Source: Chloroflexota bacterium (lineage in GTDB: Bacteria > Chloroflexota > UBA11872 > VXNJ01). Taken from it: a stretch of 64,000 bases of DNA. Positions 9,418-20,060 of this stretch are shown one piece after another. The position numbers and the translations under genes are program-made. The stretch is from assembly GCA_965261345.1 (NCBI GenBank), contig OZ253449.1:288001-352000 (forward strand), given 5' to 3'. The notes below the pieces were generated by a model that was not told the DNA's origin, made no database searches, and was given only the letters and a program-made list of their open reading frames with translations. Position 1 is the first letter of the stretch. Every line of letters begins with the position of its first letter.

Positions 9418-11148
9418 ATGAATTCGAACGAACACATCCGTTTCGAACCTCACGAGAACCCTCCACCGGCGCTTACCTTCGGCGCCGGGTTGCAGGCGGC
9501 TTCGGTCATCCTGGCCCCGGTGGTATTGACCGTGGTCATCGTCGCGCGGATCGCCGAGCAACCCGAGAACTACATTTCGTGGGCAGTATTTGCGGCCCTG
9601 GCGATAAGCGGCGCCACCACTGTGCTCCAGGCGGTCCGGGTTGGCCGCGTCGGCGCCGCCCACGTTTTGATTATGGGAACATCCGGAGCCTTTATTGCAG
9701 TGTGCGTGGCGGCGTTGGTACAGGCTGGACCGGCCACGATGGCAAGCCTGATCGTCGTATCGTCGCTATTCCAGTTCGCGTTGGCCGCGCGGCTTGCCCT
9801 GCTGCGGCGGATTTTTACGCCGATCGTTTCCGGAACGGTGATCATGCTTATCGGCGTTACGGTGATGCCAATACTTTTCGATACTCTCCAGGACGTGCCC
9901 GCGGACACGTTGCCGGCCGCGGCCCCGATTGTGGCCCTGGTAACGCTGATCACAGTGGCGGCGCTGGTCATCCGCGGTCCACCGGCTTGGCGACTCTGGT
10001 CGCCATTGATCGGTGTGGTGGTGGGCTGTGCGGTCTCCGCGCCATTGGGACTTTACGACGCCCAGGCGGTGCTTGACGCACCGTGGTTTGGCGTGCCGCT
10101 GGATTCGTGGCCGGGATTCGACCTGACTCCAGGACCCGAATTTTGGGGGCTCCTTCCGGCTTTCGTGATGGTCACGATGGTCGGCGCGGTGGAGACAATC
10201 GGCGACGCGGTGGCTATCCAGACGATCTCGCGAAGGCGGCCGCGGGCGACCGACTTTCGGTTGGTGCAGGGCGCCCTGAACGCCGACGGGGTTGGCAACC
10301 TGCTCTCCGGCATCGCCGGGACGATGCCCAACACGACCTATTCGACCAGTATTTCGCTCGCCGAGGTAACCGGAATCGCTGCCAGACGGGTGGGAGTGGT
10401 AGTAGGGGTCGTATTCTTCACGCTGGCATTCCTGCCCAAGGTCGCCGCGATGCTGATCGCGATCCCGGGTCCGGTGGCCGCTGCTTACATCGCGGTGCTG
10501 GTGGCGCTGCTGTTTGTCCAGGGAATGCGAATCATCGTCCGCGACGGATTGGACCACCGCAAGGCCACGGTAGTTGGGTTGTCCTTTTGGATCGGCGTTG
10601 GCTTCCAGAACCAAGTGATATTCCCGGACCTGCTAGGCGACGGATTCGCGGGTATCCTGCTCGGTAACGGAATGACGGCCGGGGCCCTGACCGCGTTCCT
10701 GCTGATGTCATTCATGGAGATGTTCGGGCCCCGCCGCCAGAAGCTCCAGGTCAACCTGGAAGAATCCGCCCTCGGCAGGGTTGACCAGTTCTTGCGCGAA
10801 TTCGCCAAACGCCGCGGTTGGAACGCGGCATCCACCGATCGGTTGGCCTCAGCTGGCGAAGAGACTCTGGCGGTGCTACTACAGGACGGCGATGAACGCC
10901 GCGTCGGCCCCGAGCGGCGGTTGGTCATTGCCGCCCACGTCGAAAGCAATTCGGCGGAATTGGAATTTACGACTGCGCTGGCCGGTGAGAACATGCAGGA
11001 CCAATTGGCCCTGCTCGGCGACCTGCCGCCGATCCCGGATGAGCGCGAGGCGCCGTACAGGCTGCTGCGCCATTACGCTTCATCGGTGCGACACCATAAA
11101 TATCATGACGCAGATTATGTAACGGTGATCGTCGACCACCAGACTTAG
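9418..11148 (+). CDS. NCS2/SLC23 (xanthine/uracil permease-like) transporter with a ~135-aa C-terminal soluble domain
   Basis: ENPPPALTFGAGLQ, LRRIFTPIVSGTVIMLIG, VETIGD, GALNADGVGNLLSG, PNTTYS; soluble tail from about 10732. ATG 9418 chosen over upstream in-frame starts. Confidence 0.88.
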   Translation: MNSNEHIRFEPHENPPPALTFGAGLQAASVILAPVVLTVVIVARIAEQPENYISWAVFAALAISGATTVLQAVRVGRVGAAHVLIMGTSGAFIAVCVAALVQAGPATMASLIVVSSLFQFALAARLALLRRIFTPIVSGTVIMLIGVTVMPILFDTLQDVPADTLPAAAPIVALVTLITVAALVIRGPPAWRLWSPLIGVVVGCAVSAPLGLYDAQAVLDAPWFGVPLDSWPGFDLTPGPEFWGLLPAFVMVTMVGAVETIGDAVAIQTISRRRPRATDFRLVQGALNADGVGNLLSGIAGTMPNTTYSTSISLAEVTGIAARRVGVVVGVVFFTLAFLPKVAAMLIAIPGPVAAAYIAVLVALLFVQGMRIIVRDGLDHRKATVVGLSFWIGVGFQNQVIFPDLLGDGFAGILLGNGMTAGALTAFLLMSFMEMFGPRRQKLQVNLEESALGRVDQFLREFAKRRGWNAASTDRLASAGEETLAVLLQDGDERRVGPERRLVIAAHVESNSAELEFTTALAGENMQDQLALLGDLPPIPDEREAPYRLLRHYASSVRHHKYHDADYVTVIVDHQT

Positions 11149-11452
11149 CGCCTTTGGGAATTTAAGAACCCTGGCGGCTGACCGACCATTTACCGCTCGC
11201 CCGTCGGCTTTCCCGCAAACCCGCTGTTCGGCCGGCGACGATCCTTCGGCGGTGGGACGCAATCGATCGCCGCCGGATTTTTGAAATGCTCGCCCGCGGT
11301 TCCAGCCTGCGGCCCAAGCGGGCGATCCTCGTCTTTGGCTCACACCGAACCGGTCAGAACTCAGATCGTCGCAAATAACGCGCATCCCAATTGGTTCGGA
11401 CAGACCCGTCCAACGCAGAATTGCCGACGCTCGGATTCGACCGGAAATCAAA

Positions 11453-12400
11453 ATGCCGCTTGACCACACCCTGTTCCTGCCCGAGTCCATCAGCCCGCAA
11501 ACGGCCGCGTTCAATGCCGAATTGGGCCGACTGATGGCCAAAGCCCCACCCGCCGGTGACGATCCGGTTGAAATGCGGCGACGACACCGCGAGGGTCGGC
11601 CCTGGCAACCGGCGGCACCCAAGCTTGACTGGGCCCAGGAAGATAGTTGCCCCGGAACGGGCGGTCCCATCCCGCTGCGGATCTTTACCCCCGATGTATG
11701 CAACGGCACCCATCTTCACATCCACGGCGGGGGATTCATCTTTGGCGGATATGACCTGCAGAACGACATCCTCTGGCGAATGACCCAAGCCGGCAGCGTC
11801 GCGGTTGTAAGTGTCGAATACCGCCTGGCACCGGAACATCCGTACCCGGCCGGGCCCGACGACTGTGAGGTAGCAGCGCATTGGTTGATTTCCAATTCAA
11901 GATCTCGTTTTGGGACCGATCGCTTGCTGAACGGTGGTGAATCAGCCGGCGGCAATCTGTCGGCGGTAACGGTGCTGCGCATGCGCGATCGTTATGGGTA
12001 CACCGATTGGGCGGGCGTGGACCTCGTCTACGGAGCGTTCGATTTCACCGGTGCCTGCCCCTCGCGCGAACTGATCGGGCGCAACGGCCTGGTCTTAAGC
12101 AAACCGGGAATGGAACGGGTGCAGGCCCAATATCTCGGCGATGCGGACCGGGACGATCCCTACGTGTCACCCATGCGCGCCTCCCTGGACGGCCTTCCGC
12201 CGGCCCGGTTTAGTTGCGGAACCAGTGATCGGCTTATCGACGACACACTATTTATGTATTCGCGCTGGATGGCGGCCGGCAATCCCGCCGAAATCGCAAT
12301 CTATCCCGGCGGAACCCACGCCTTCGACGAATTCCGCACCCCACTCACCGACGCATCCTATGAGCGCCGCTACAAGTTCATTCCCCAAGTGTTGGGTTGA
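11453..12400 (+). CDS. HSL-family (family IV) esterase/lipase
   Basis: HIHGGGF, VEYRLAPEHPYPAGPDD, GESAGG, terminal GGTHAF. Confidence 0.9.
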   Translation: MPLDHTLFLPESISPQTAAFNAELGRLMAKAPPAGDDPVEMRRRHREGRPWQPAAPKLDWAQEDSCPGTGGPIPLRIFTPDVCNGTHLHIHGGGFIFGGYDLQNDILWRMTQAGSVAVVSVEYRLAPEHPYPAGPDDCEVAAHWLISNSRSRFGTDRLLNGGESAGGNLSAVTVLRMRDRYGYTDWAGVDLVYGAFDFTGACPSRELIGRNGLVLSKPGMERVQAQYLGDADRDDPYVSPMRASLDGLPPARFSCGTSDRLIDDTLFMYSRWMAAGNPAEIAIYPGGTHAFDEFRTPLTDASYERRYKFIPQVLG

Positions 12401-12593
12401 TACGCCTTCGTTGCAATGTTTGGTGGTCGGGCAACATGGCCTGTCAATCGAGAGGTTGACCGGTTGCTGGGCTCATGGCTTGCGCTGCGTTGACCGGTGA
12501 GGGCGCTTAGGGTGGTTGGCGCAATTGGATAGGCTTTCCGTATCCGCCAGCACCGGTTGATTGCCCCTGTAGCTGCCCTGGCGGCTGATCGGG

Positions 12594-13981
12594 GGTTGTG
12601 TCCCAATAGTTATGCAAAAAGCAGGCCCGTAAAAAGAAGCGGGCCACGGCGTCTCCTTAAATTCTTGAGTTAGCACAACTCGGAGCCTTAAGGGAGGCAA
12701 CCAGTGACCCGATTGAAGAATAACCACAACGCTATTGACTGGCGCCAAGAGCTCAAAAGTGATCCCGAGCTCTTCCGCGGCATCATCCACCAGACCGTCC
12801 AGGAGATCGGAGGAAGCCGAGATGGACGAGGCGTTGGGAGCCGGTAAGAGTGAGCGTACCGCTGGCCGTCGCGGCTACCGGAGCGGCTACTACGGCCGCG
12901 GACTTATCACCCGGGTGGGCAAGATCAGACTCAGGGTGCTGACAGGACCGCCAGGGACGCTTTAGCACCGAGATCTTTAAAGCGCTACCAGCGCAGTGAA
13001 AAAGCCTTGGTGAGCGCCCTGGCTAAAGATGTACGTCCAGGGGGTATCGACCAGGAAAGTCAAGGCCATTACCGAAGAGCTGTGTGGTCACGCATTCTGA
13101 AGCCTCCAACATCTCCCGGATTAATAAGCAGCTAGATGCCGCTCTGGAAATTGCCCGAGCGCCCACTGGAGGCCAACTATCCCTACCTGATCCTTGATGC
13201 CCGCTACGAAAAGGTACGCGAGGAGGGAGTCATCCGGTCCCAGGCGGTCCAGATCGCCATCGGCATCAACTGGGAGGGCAGACGCTCGGTACTGGCAGTC
13301 GAGCTGGTAAACCGTGAGAGTAAGAGCAGCTGGCGCGACTTTCTGTCCCGGATGCGCGATCGCGGCCTCAGCGCCGTGCAGTTTGTCGTTACCGATAACC
13401 ACGCCGGACTAAAGCAGGCGATCGCCGAGTACTTACCCGAAGCCATCTGGCAACGCTGCTATGTCCACTTCCTGCGCAATGCTCAGCGACTACCTGCCGC
13501 GAAGGGCCGATGACGACTGTCTCCAAGAACTTCGCTGGCTCTACGATCGGCGCGATCTCTCCGAGGCCCGTCGGGACCTCTTAGCCTGGCTGGGCAAATG
13601 GCAGGGCCGCTATCCCAGGCTCTGCGACTGGGTAGAGAGCGGCATTGAGGAGACTTTCAGCTTTTACCGTCTGCCGCGGCAGCACTACAAGCACCTTAAA
13701 TCCACCAACATGCTGGAGCGGTTAAACGAGGAGATAAAGCGCCGGACGCACGTGGTGCGGATCTTTCTTGGGTCGTGCGAGTTGCCTGCGCTTGGTCAGG
13801 GCGCTTGCGGTCGAACAGCACGAGAACTGGATTGAGGCCAGCCGCTACCTGAACATGGCATTCCTGAAAGAGCAACGCAGAGAACTGGAGTTGATCGTTA
13901 CCGCCTAAATTTCAGCGAACAATCAAGCTAAATTCGATAAGGTGACGCCAAAGCTAATTGCAGAACTTTCGGCACATAACT
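12594..13981 (+). mobile_element. IS256-family insertion sequence with terminal inverted repeats and 8-bp target-site duplication
   Basis: Left IR 12595-12618 and right IR 13957-13980 match at 18/24 positions. TGATCGGG is duplicated at 12586-12593 and 13982-13989. Confidence 0.9.
12704..13908 (+). pseudogene. IS256-family (Mutator-type DDE) transposase, multiply frameshifted
   Basis: Fragments EAEMDEALGA..GYRSGYY, RYQRSEKALV, MYVQGVSTRKV, YPYLILDARYEKVR, WQRCYVHFLRN, KSTNMLERLNEEIKRRT are spread over different frames; GGAGG precedes GTG 12704. Confidence 0.9.
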
Positions 13982-14140
13982 TGATCGGGCCCGCGGGCGG
14001 GCGTGCCGGCAAGGCACCTTGGCAACTAAATTGACTTTGAGTCCATGCATCGCAATGGCGAACTGCGATACGGCCGGGTAAATTCCTAGCGCTTGCAGAT
14101 TCTTGAGGAAATCTGCCTTGGAACGCCGGTCTCTGCGCGT

Positions 14141-15127
14141 TCAACCAACCTTGACGAGCAGCTTGCCCCGTGACTTGCCTTGCTCTAACTGCCGATGGGC
14201 GTCGGCCGCCTCCGGCAGGTCAAAAATACCGCCGATCTGGACCGTTAGTTGGCCCGCACGGTAGAAATCGAACATTGCATTCACCCGTGCCAACAGCTGA
14301 TCGCGATCACGCACGTAGAAGAATGAAACCCCCACCGTTAAGAAAACAGTGCCGGGCGCCAGCATTCCGGTATCAAAAGCAGTTGCCAGCCCGTCGCGAT
14401 GTCCGCCCGACTTGTAGCCATACAGGACGCAACGGCCGCCGCGGCGACAGGCTTTGATCGAACCGGGCAAGGTGGAGTTACCGATCCCGTCGTAGACCAG
14501 GTCCACGCCCCCGCCGCTGGCCGCGCGCACCTGCTCAACCCAGTCGCCGGAGCGGTAGTCGATTGCCGCACTGGCCCCCAACCCGGTCACAAACTCAAAC
14601 TTTCCCGGCGAGGTGGTTGTCAAGACCTGGCCCGCGCCGGCCAGCCCGGCCAGTTGGATCGCAAGGTGTCCCGTTCCCCCGCCACCGGAATGGATGAGAA
14701 CCGATTGGCCCGCACTCACCGGGGCGATATCAAAAATTAGGGAATGGGCCATGATGCCCTGCAGCATCAACGCCACCGCAATCTCCGGCGGTACACCGTC
14801 TGGGATCGGAACCGCACGCTCGGCTGGAATCGCCGCCAGCTCGCTGCAACTGCTCGGCAGCCCGGGCAACCACCAGACCACCGGGTCGCCAACCGTAAAC
14901 CCAGGGGCCTTCCCGCCGACTTCGACGACCGTTCCGCAACCCTCGGTGCCCAGGATCATTGGCAGCGGGGTTCCGCGTTCGCCGCGGCGATGGTCAACAT
15001 CGGAAAAATTGAGACCGGCGTACTCGACCCGCACCAACAACTGATCGGGTTCGATTTTGGGGTCAGGAACCTCCCCAACCTCCAAAACCTCGGGCCCGCC
15101 GTATCTGGCGGCCATGAGTGCCTTCAA
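14141..15127 (-). CDS. NADPH:quinone oxidoreductase (MDR/zeta-crystallin family)
   Basis: YGGPEVL, AGLNFSD, LGTEGCG, LIHSGGGGTG, GVDLVYDGIG, SRGKLLV. Confidence 0.9.
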   Translation of the reverse strand: MKALMAARYGGPEVLEVGEVPDPKIEPDQLLVRVEYAGLNFSDVDHRRGERGTPLPMILGTEGCGTVVEVGGKAPGFTVGDPVVWWLPGLPSSCSELAAIPAERAVPIPDGVPPEIAVALMLQGIMAHSLIFDIAPVSAGQSVLIHSGGGGTGHLAIQLAGLAGAGQVLTTTSPGKFEFVTGLGASAAIDYRSGDWVEQVRAASGGGVDLVYDGIGNSTLPGSIKACRRGGRCVLYGYKSGGHRDGLATAFDTGMLAPGTVFLTVGVSFFYVRDRDQLLARVNAMFDFYRAGQLTVQIGGIFDLPEAADAHRQLEQGKSRGKLLVKVG

Positions 15128-15413
15128 TATTCAACTCCAATAAACGGACCGGTTGTGGGGCTCATATTTTGCTCGGCCGATTGTTGGCCCGGCAAACCAC
15201 GGTTGCCCAACTCCCTGCCACGCAGACGGAAAAACGGATTTCAAACGGGAGCTTCACCGGTCGGGATAGTGGGTCGCAATCGACCGGATTTAGATGCATG
15301 GCAATTTACTCAATATGGACTACCCGCCGGAACGTCCAGCGGTTGACCACCTCAGGGTTGGGCAGTTTCCGCAATGGGTCAGCGCCGATAGACTGGGCTG
15401 GCCATTTTGACGA

Positions 15414-16253
15414 GTGAATGGACTTGACGCGATAGCAAATCGAGTGCCCGTCACCAAGTTGCTGGCGATGAAACGGGCCAGGGAACCGATAGTTTGCGTT
15501 ACGGCCTACGATCATGCCGTCGCCCGCCTGGTCGACCAGGCGCAAATCCCGGTGATATTGGTCGGCGACAGCCTGGGCCAGGCGGTGCTTGGGCACGCTA
15601 CGACAATTCCGGTTACCTTGGGCGACATCATCCACCACACCAGGGCGGTTGTGCGCGGGGCTCAGCGGGCGCTGGTTGTGGCCGACATGCCTTTCCTGAC
15701 GTACCAGATAAACGCTTCCGAAGCATTGCGAAATGCGAGTCGGTTGCTGCAGGAGGGGGGAGCGCAGGCGGTAAAGCTTGAAGGCGGAAAAAGTGTAGCC
15801 GCGATCATTGGCCGGCTTACCGACAGCGGCATTCCGGTCATGGGCCACGTCGGCCTCACCCCGCAGTCGGTACACCAACTCGGCGGTTACCGGGTCCAGG
15901 GGCGCACCGCCGCCCAGGCCCAGCGGATCATCGAAGACGCCCAGGCCGTGCAGGAGGCGGGAGCGTTCGCGGTCGTTTTGGAATTGATACCGGCGGAACT
16001 GGCCCGCGAGATCTCCCAGACGGTGGCCATCCCCACAATTGGAATCGGTTCGGGGGGCGGTTGCGACGGCCAGATTCAGGTGATAAACGACATCCTTGGC
16101 CTGGGCGCCTGGCAGCCCCGCCATGCCAGGAAATACGCCGATCTCAACGCCGAGGTACTAAGGGCGCTGCAAGCCTACGCGGCCGAAGTTGCCAGCGGGC
16201 AGTTTCCGGGTGTCGGTCCACGGTCCCAGGCCCCAACGCATGACGCGGGATAG
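15414..16253 (+). CDS. panB: 3-methyl-2-oxobutanoate hydroxymethyltransferase
   Basis: VTAYD, ILVGDSLG, VVADMPF, AVKLEGG, MGHVGLTPQS, IGIGSG..CDGQ. Confidence 0.96.
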   Translation: MNGLDAIANRVPVTKLLAMKRAREPIVCVTAYDHAVARLVDQAQIPVILVGDSLGQAVLGHATTIPVTLGDIIHHTRAVVRGAQRALVVADMPFLTYQINASEALRNASRLLQEGGAQAVKLEGGKSVAAIIGRLTDSGIPVMGHVGLTPQSVHQLGGYRVQGRTAAQAQRIIEDAQAVQEAGAFAVVLELIPAELAREISQTVAIPTIGIGSGGGCDGQIQVINDILGLGAWQPRHARKYADLNAEVLRALQAYAAEVASGQFPGVGPRSQAPTHDAG

Positions 16254-16263
16254 GCGATAAGAA

Positions 16264-17118
16264 CTGATTCAGCAGGTTTCAAGGATCGCCGGGCTAAGGG
16301 CCATATTGCGCCACGCCCACCGGCCAATCGGCCTAGTGCCGACGATGGGTGCGATCCATCGGGGGCATATTTCATTGGCTCGCGCCGCTCGCTCCGAGTG
16401 CGCGACGGTCGTGGCCTCGATATTTGTCAATCCCACTCAATTCGGGGCCGCTGACGACCTGAACGAATACCCGCGTCCGTTAGATAACGATTTGCAAAAG
16501 CTAGCGGCGGTCGATGTCGACGTCGCGTTCACACCCACCACGGCGGAAATGTACCCCGTTGGGTTCGCGGTACAAGTGCGGGTTGGGGGCCCGGCGCTGC
16601 CGCTGGAAGGTGCGGCGCGACCCGGGCATTTCGACGGCGTGGCCGCCGTGGTGGCCAAATTGCTCATCCAATCGGACGCTGATCGAGCTTACTTTGGCCT
16701 AAAGGACGGCCAGCAGGTCGCCGTCGTGAAGCGGGTCGCCCGGGACCTGGATATTGCAACCGAGATCGTCGCCCTACCGACCGTGCGTGAACCGGACGGG
16801 CTTGCCGTCAGTAGCCGCAATCAATTCCTAACGCCGCCGCAGCGGGCGGCGGCGGCGGTCATCTACCGGGCGCTGGCCGCGGCTCGGACCGCTCATGCGG
16901 ACGGCTTGCGCGACCCCAGTGAACTTGTGGCTGCCTGTCGGCAAACGATCGAAGCCGAATCGCTAATCGACGCGATCGACTACGTGGCGGTAGTGGATCC
17001 GGCAACGATTGAATCGTGGCCCGGCCACGGCGATTGCATGCTGGCGGTAGCAGTGCGGCTGGGGAGCGTCCGGCTGATCGACAACTTCATCTTGGAAGGC
17101 TGCCGCGATCTGATCTGA
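16264..17118 (+). CDS. panC: Pantoate--beta-alanine ligase
   Basis: VPTMGAIHRGH, SIFVNPTQF, RPGHFDGV, VREPDGLAVSSRN, RLIDN. N-terminal similarity extends upstream of TTG 16306 to about CTG 16264; start uncertain. Confidence 0.94.
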   Translation: MIQQVSRIAGLRAILRHAHRPIGLVPTMGAIHRGHISLARAARSECATVVASIFVNPTQFGAADDLNEYPRPLDNDLQKLAAVDVDVAFTPTTAEMYPVGFAVQVRVGGPALPLEGAARPGHFDGVAAVVAKLLIQSDADRAYFGLKDGQQVAVVKRVARDLDIATEIVALPTVREPDGLAVSSRNQFLTPPQRAAAAVIYRALAAARTAHADGLRDPSELVAACRQTIEAESLIDAIDYVAVVDPATIESWPGHGDCMLAVAVRLGSVRLIDNFILEGCRDLI

Positions 17119-17512
17119 TCCCGTGGCCGGCCGATGAAGCGGGCGCCGGAAAACGGGAATGCGCCATTGGGGCATCTGCCTACGCCAGCGGTTCAATTTC
17201 TTGACCGCCACTGAAGGTGCTTGAGCTTGGAATCGTGATTATTGCGCAGGCGGCAGTCTGGTAATTACCAGATCCGGCGCCCTTTACGCCGGTCACGTGA
17301 ACCTTGGCAACATCGGATCGGGCTACACCCTGCAAAACGTGAACCTCCAACCGCTGAAGTGGTTCGGCCGCTGTTGAATGTCCGCGCTCACCGATCAACC
17401 CGACCCAATCGTCGCCCTCCCATAATCTCGGGCCCGCGTCGCGGGCAACCGGTGGAGCAATTTGTTGGACGGGTTCCGGCGGTTACAAAAATTTCATTTC
17501 CATTCACCGCCT

Positions 17513-19426
17513 CTAGATGCCGGAAAAGGTCGGTTGCGGTTCCCGGTCCGGAGTGGTCTGCAGCGGCAGCACCACGCAGGAAGGACGCTCTGAGTCGTGA
17601 AATATCGACTGCACCGCGTTTACGTAGGACCGATCGATCCCCAGCGGGCCGCCAGTATTGGGGTTTACGTCAAAGCGCGGGAAATTGCTTGAGGAGATGT
17701 CAACCCTGATCCGGTGACCCGCCTTGAAAAGGTTCGAGGTCGGGAACAACTCAAATTCAAACAGGTACGGTGTGCCGGGTTCCATGAGCACCTCGCGGTC
17801 CCAGCCGCAACGGAAGCGGGCCCGGATGATCGAATCGGTTATGTTGATTGCCAGGCCGTTCGGGTACCGCTCCGTCGGTGGCAGCACTTCGATCAGCTTG
17901 GCGGTAAAGTCGGTATCGACCGCCGTTGAAGACGCCCACAGCCGTACCGAAATCGGGCCGGTGGCCGCAACGTCGGATTCGAGCTCCCCGGTCTGGAAGG
18001 TAAGCACGTCCGGGCGCATATTTAGCGCCGAATCGTCCTTCGAACCGATGAACCTGGGGCCGCCCCGCTGGTCGTAGGCCCCTGCATTCATCCAGGGTTG
18101 GGCCGCCGATATCGACCCGCCGATGGTTGGCACCGGGTTGGTCGGATCGAATGTGAATCGGCTGGGCCGTATATCAGATTTCGCCGGGGGCGCGGTTGAC
18201 AGCCCGCCGCCGGCCTGCAGGTAGTGCTCGGTCGGCCGCATCCCGGGCGGAGGCCAGGTCTCGGCCTCGCGCCAGAAACCGCCGCGGTTCAATCGGCCGG
18301 ACGGGTTGAGCGAATCGTTCCCGGTCCCCATGGTGAAGTAACGAACCGACGGGAAACGCGCTGCGGCCGAATCCATTCCTTTTAGGTAATGGTCAAACCA
18401 GCTGAGCCGGAGATCCTTGTAGTTGATGTGTGATCCGGTGCCAAAGTCCGAATCACCCGAGTTGGTGATCTCGTACTGGCCGTGGGTCCACGGCCCCATC
18501 AGCAGGCGCTGGTCGCTGCGCTTGGTGCGGCGGTAGTCGAGAAAGTTCTGGATGGTGTTGCGCGGATAGGTATCGTACCAGCCCCCAAGGTACAGGGTGG
18601 GCACGTCGGCATGCTCTTCAACGTACTCGCCGGGGGCATATCCGCGTTGCTTCCAGTATTTCCCGAAGGTGCCGTTGGTGAGGATGTCGATCGCCCAGCG
18701 CTCATAGCTGGGCAGTCGGCGCAGTACAGTCGCTCCCTCCCTGAGAGGGAACGACTCGATGATCTTGCTAAATGCGATCGCGTCCCGGCTTTCGTAGGTT
18801 GGAAAGGCCACGATGTCATTGAGCACGTGCGGATAGATGCTTTCAAGTTCGGCTCGCAGGCCCGGATCGGCGGCCGCTTCCTTGCTGTCAACCGCCATGC
18901 GGAAGGCGTAGATTAGAAATCGCTGCTCCAACGCCCCGTTCTGCCGCATCGCGGAGTGGAAGTAGTTGGACGCCCCTACTGCGACGATCATGGTCGAAAG
19001 GTGCGGCGGGTCAAGTGTTGCCAACGCCGACTGGACGCTGCCGGGGTAGGAGTCGCCCATCGTGCCGACTTGGCCATCGGACCATGGCTGGGTCGCCAAC
19101 CACTCGACGGTATCGTAACCGTCCGGCGCCTCGTGGGCGAACGCGTACCACTGTCCCTCGGACGCAAAACGTCCCCGAACATCCTGGATAGCGCATACGT
19201 AGCCGCGCCGAGCGAAATATTTGCCCTTGGTCACGTTGACCGCTGAAGCTTTGTTGTAAGGCGTGCGTTCCAGCACGGTCGGGAACGGCCCCGCCAGGGC
19301 CTCCCCCTCCATGGCCGGGAGGTAGATGTCGGTGGCCAGGCCAATTCCATCGCGGGCCTCCACCATCACGTTGGAATGGCAGTGGACTTCATACCCCTGG
19401 GCCGAGCCTTGATATTTTTTGGTCAT
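17513..19426 (-). CDS. CocE/NonD family hydrolase
   Basis: RDGIGLATDIYLP, ERTPYNK, QDVRGRFASEG, GDSYPG, GGWYD, GPWTHG, SSNFPRFDVNPNTG. Confidence 0.92.
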   Translation of the reverse strand: MTKKYQGSAQGYEVHCHSNVMVEARDGIGLATDIYLPAMEGEALAGPFPTVLERTPYNKASAVNVTKGKYFARRGYVCAIQDVRGRFASEGQWYAFAHEAPDGYDTVEWLATQPWSDGQVGTMGDSYPGSVQSALATLDPPHLSTMIVAVGASNYFHSAMRQNGALEQRFLIYAFRMAVDSKEAAADPGLRAELESIYPHVLNDIVAFPTYESRDAIAFSKIIESFPLREGATVLRRLPSYERWAIDILTNGTFGKYWKQRGYAPGEYVEEHADVPTLYLGGWYDTYPRNTIQNFLDYRRTKRSDQRLLMGPWTHGQYEITNSGDSDFGTGSHINYKDLRLSWFDHYLKGMDSAAARFPSVRYFTMGTGNDSLNPSGRLNRGGFWREAETWPPPGMRPTEHYLQAGGGLSTAPPAKSDIRPSRFTFDPTNPVPTIGGSISAAQPWMNAGAYDQRGGPRFIGSKDDSALNMRPDVLTFQTGELESDVAATGPISVRLWASSTAVDTDFTAKLIEVLPPTERYPNGLAINITDSIIRARFRCGWDREVLMEPGTPYLFEFELFPTSNLFKAGHRIRVDISSSNFPRFDVNPNTGGPLGIDRSYVNAVQSIFHDSERPSCVVLPLQTTPDREPQPTFSGI

Positions 19427-20060
19427 TGGGGTAATGCGCCTGTCCTTGATGTCGCAGCGGGTTAACGGTGCGCTCGGCGGGCCCCGGGTCATTCCCACCG
19501 GGGGCCATCGATGCCATTTCGGCCTCGCCTATGGAAAGTATGTGGCCAACTGGATCTCGACTACCACTCTGTTGGTCAATCCCGCGAATACGACCCAACG
19601 GGACGGTCAACTCCGCGCCGCGATCATCCTGGATCGATTGCGCGACGGTCAATATCGCAAATCGCCCCATCGGGGTATCAACGTCCCGGACCCGAACCGG
19701 CGGGATCGAATTGAGCGATCCGTTGGAGCCAGTGGGCTGTACCCTATTTGCTCAACCTGAAGAGAATTCGAATACGGTTTAATTCTTCGGTAGGTGAGAG
19801 GTTTGAACGGCTTCCGTTGATTGACCATCCTGCAGCCGGGCAAAAAACGCCGATCGCTTTGACCAAATCGGTTGCGCGTCGGGCCGAAAATTGCGGCCGT
19901 GCTCGGATTTCGGCAGATCCGACATGACACCGGAAGTGCCCGGGCCGGCCACGGCCAATGCTCGGGGTCTGGAAAGTTCATTTTTCCCGGCCAACCCCGG
20001 CAGTCCGGTCGAAGGATTTCCAATCCAGATCCCTCTGACGCCGATGCGCGAGGCGTTTTA

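Noticed and set aside
17180-17398. Short minus-strand ORF as panD or an ACT-domain (aspartokinase) remnant
   Set aside because: No PanD motifs; the resemblance of GVARSDVAKVHVTGV to an ACT segment is too short to support a call.
19419-19870. Overlapping short ORFs between the CocE hydrolase and the second NCS2 gene
   Set aside because: No motifs or clear RBS; probably intergenic DNA or an unrecognisable remnant.
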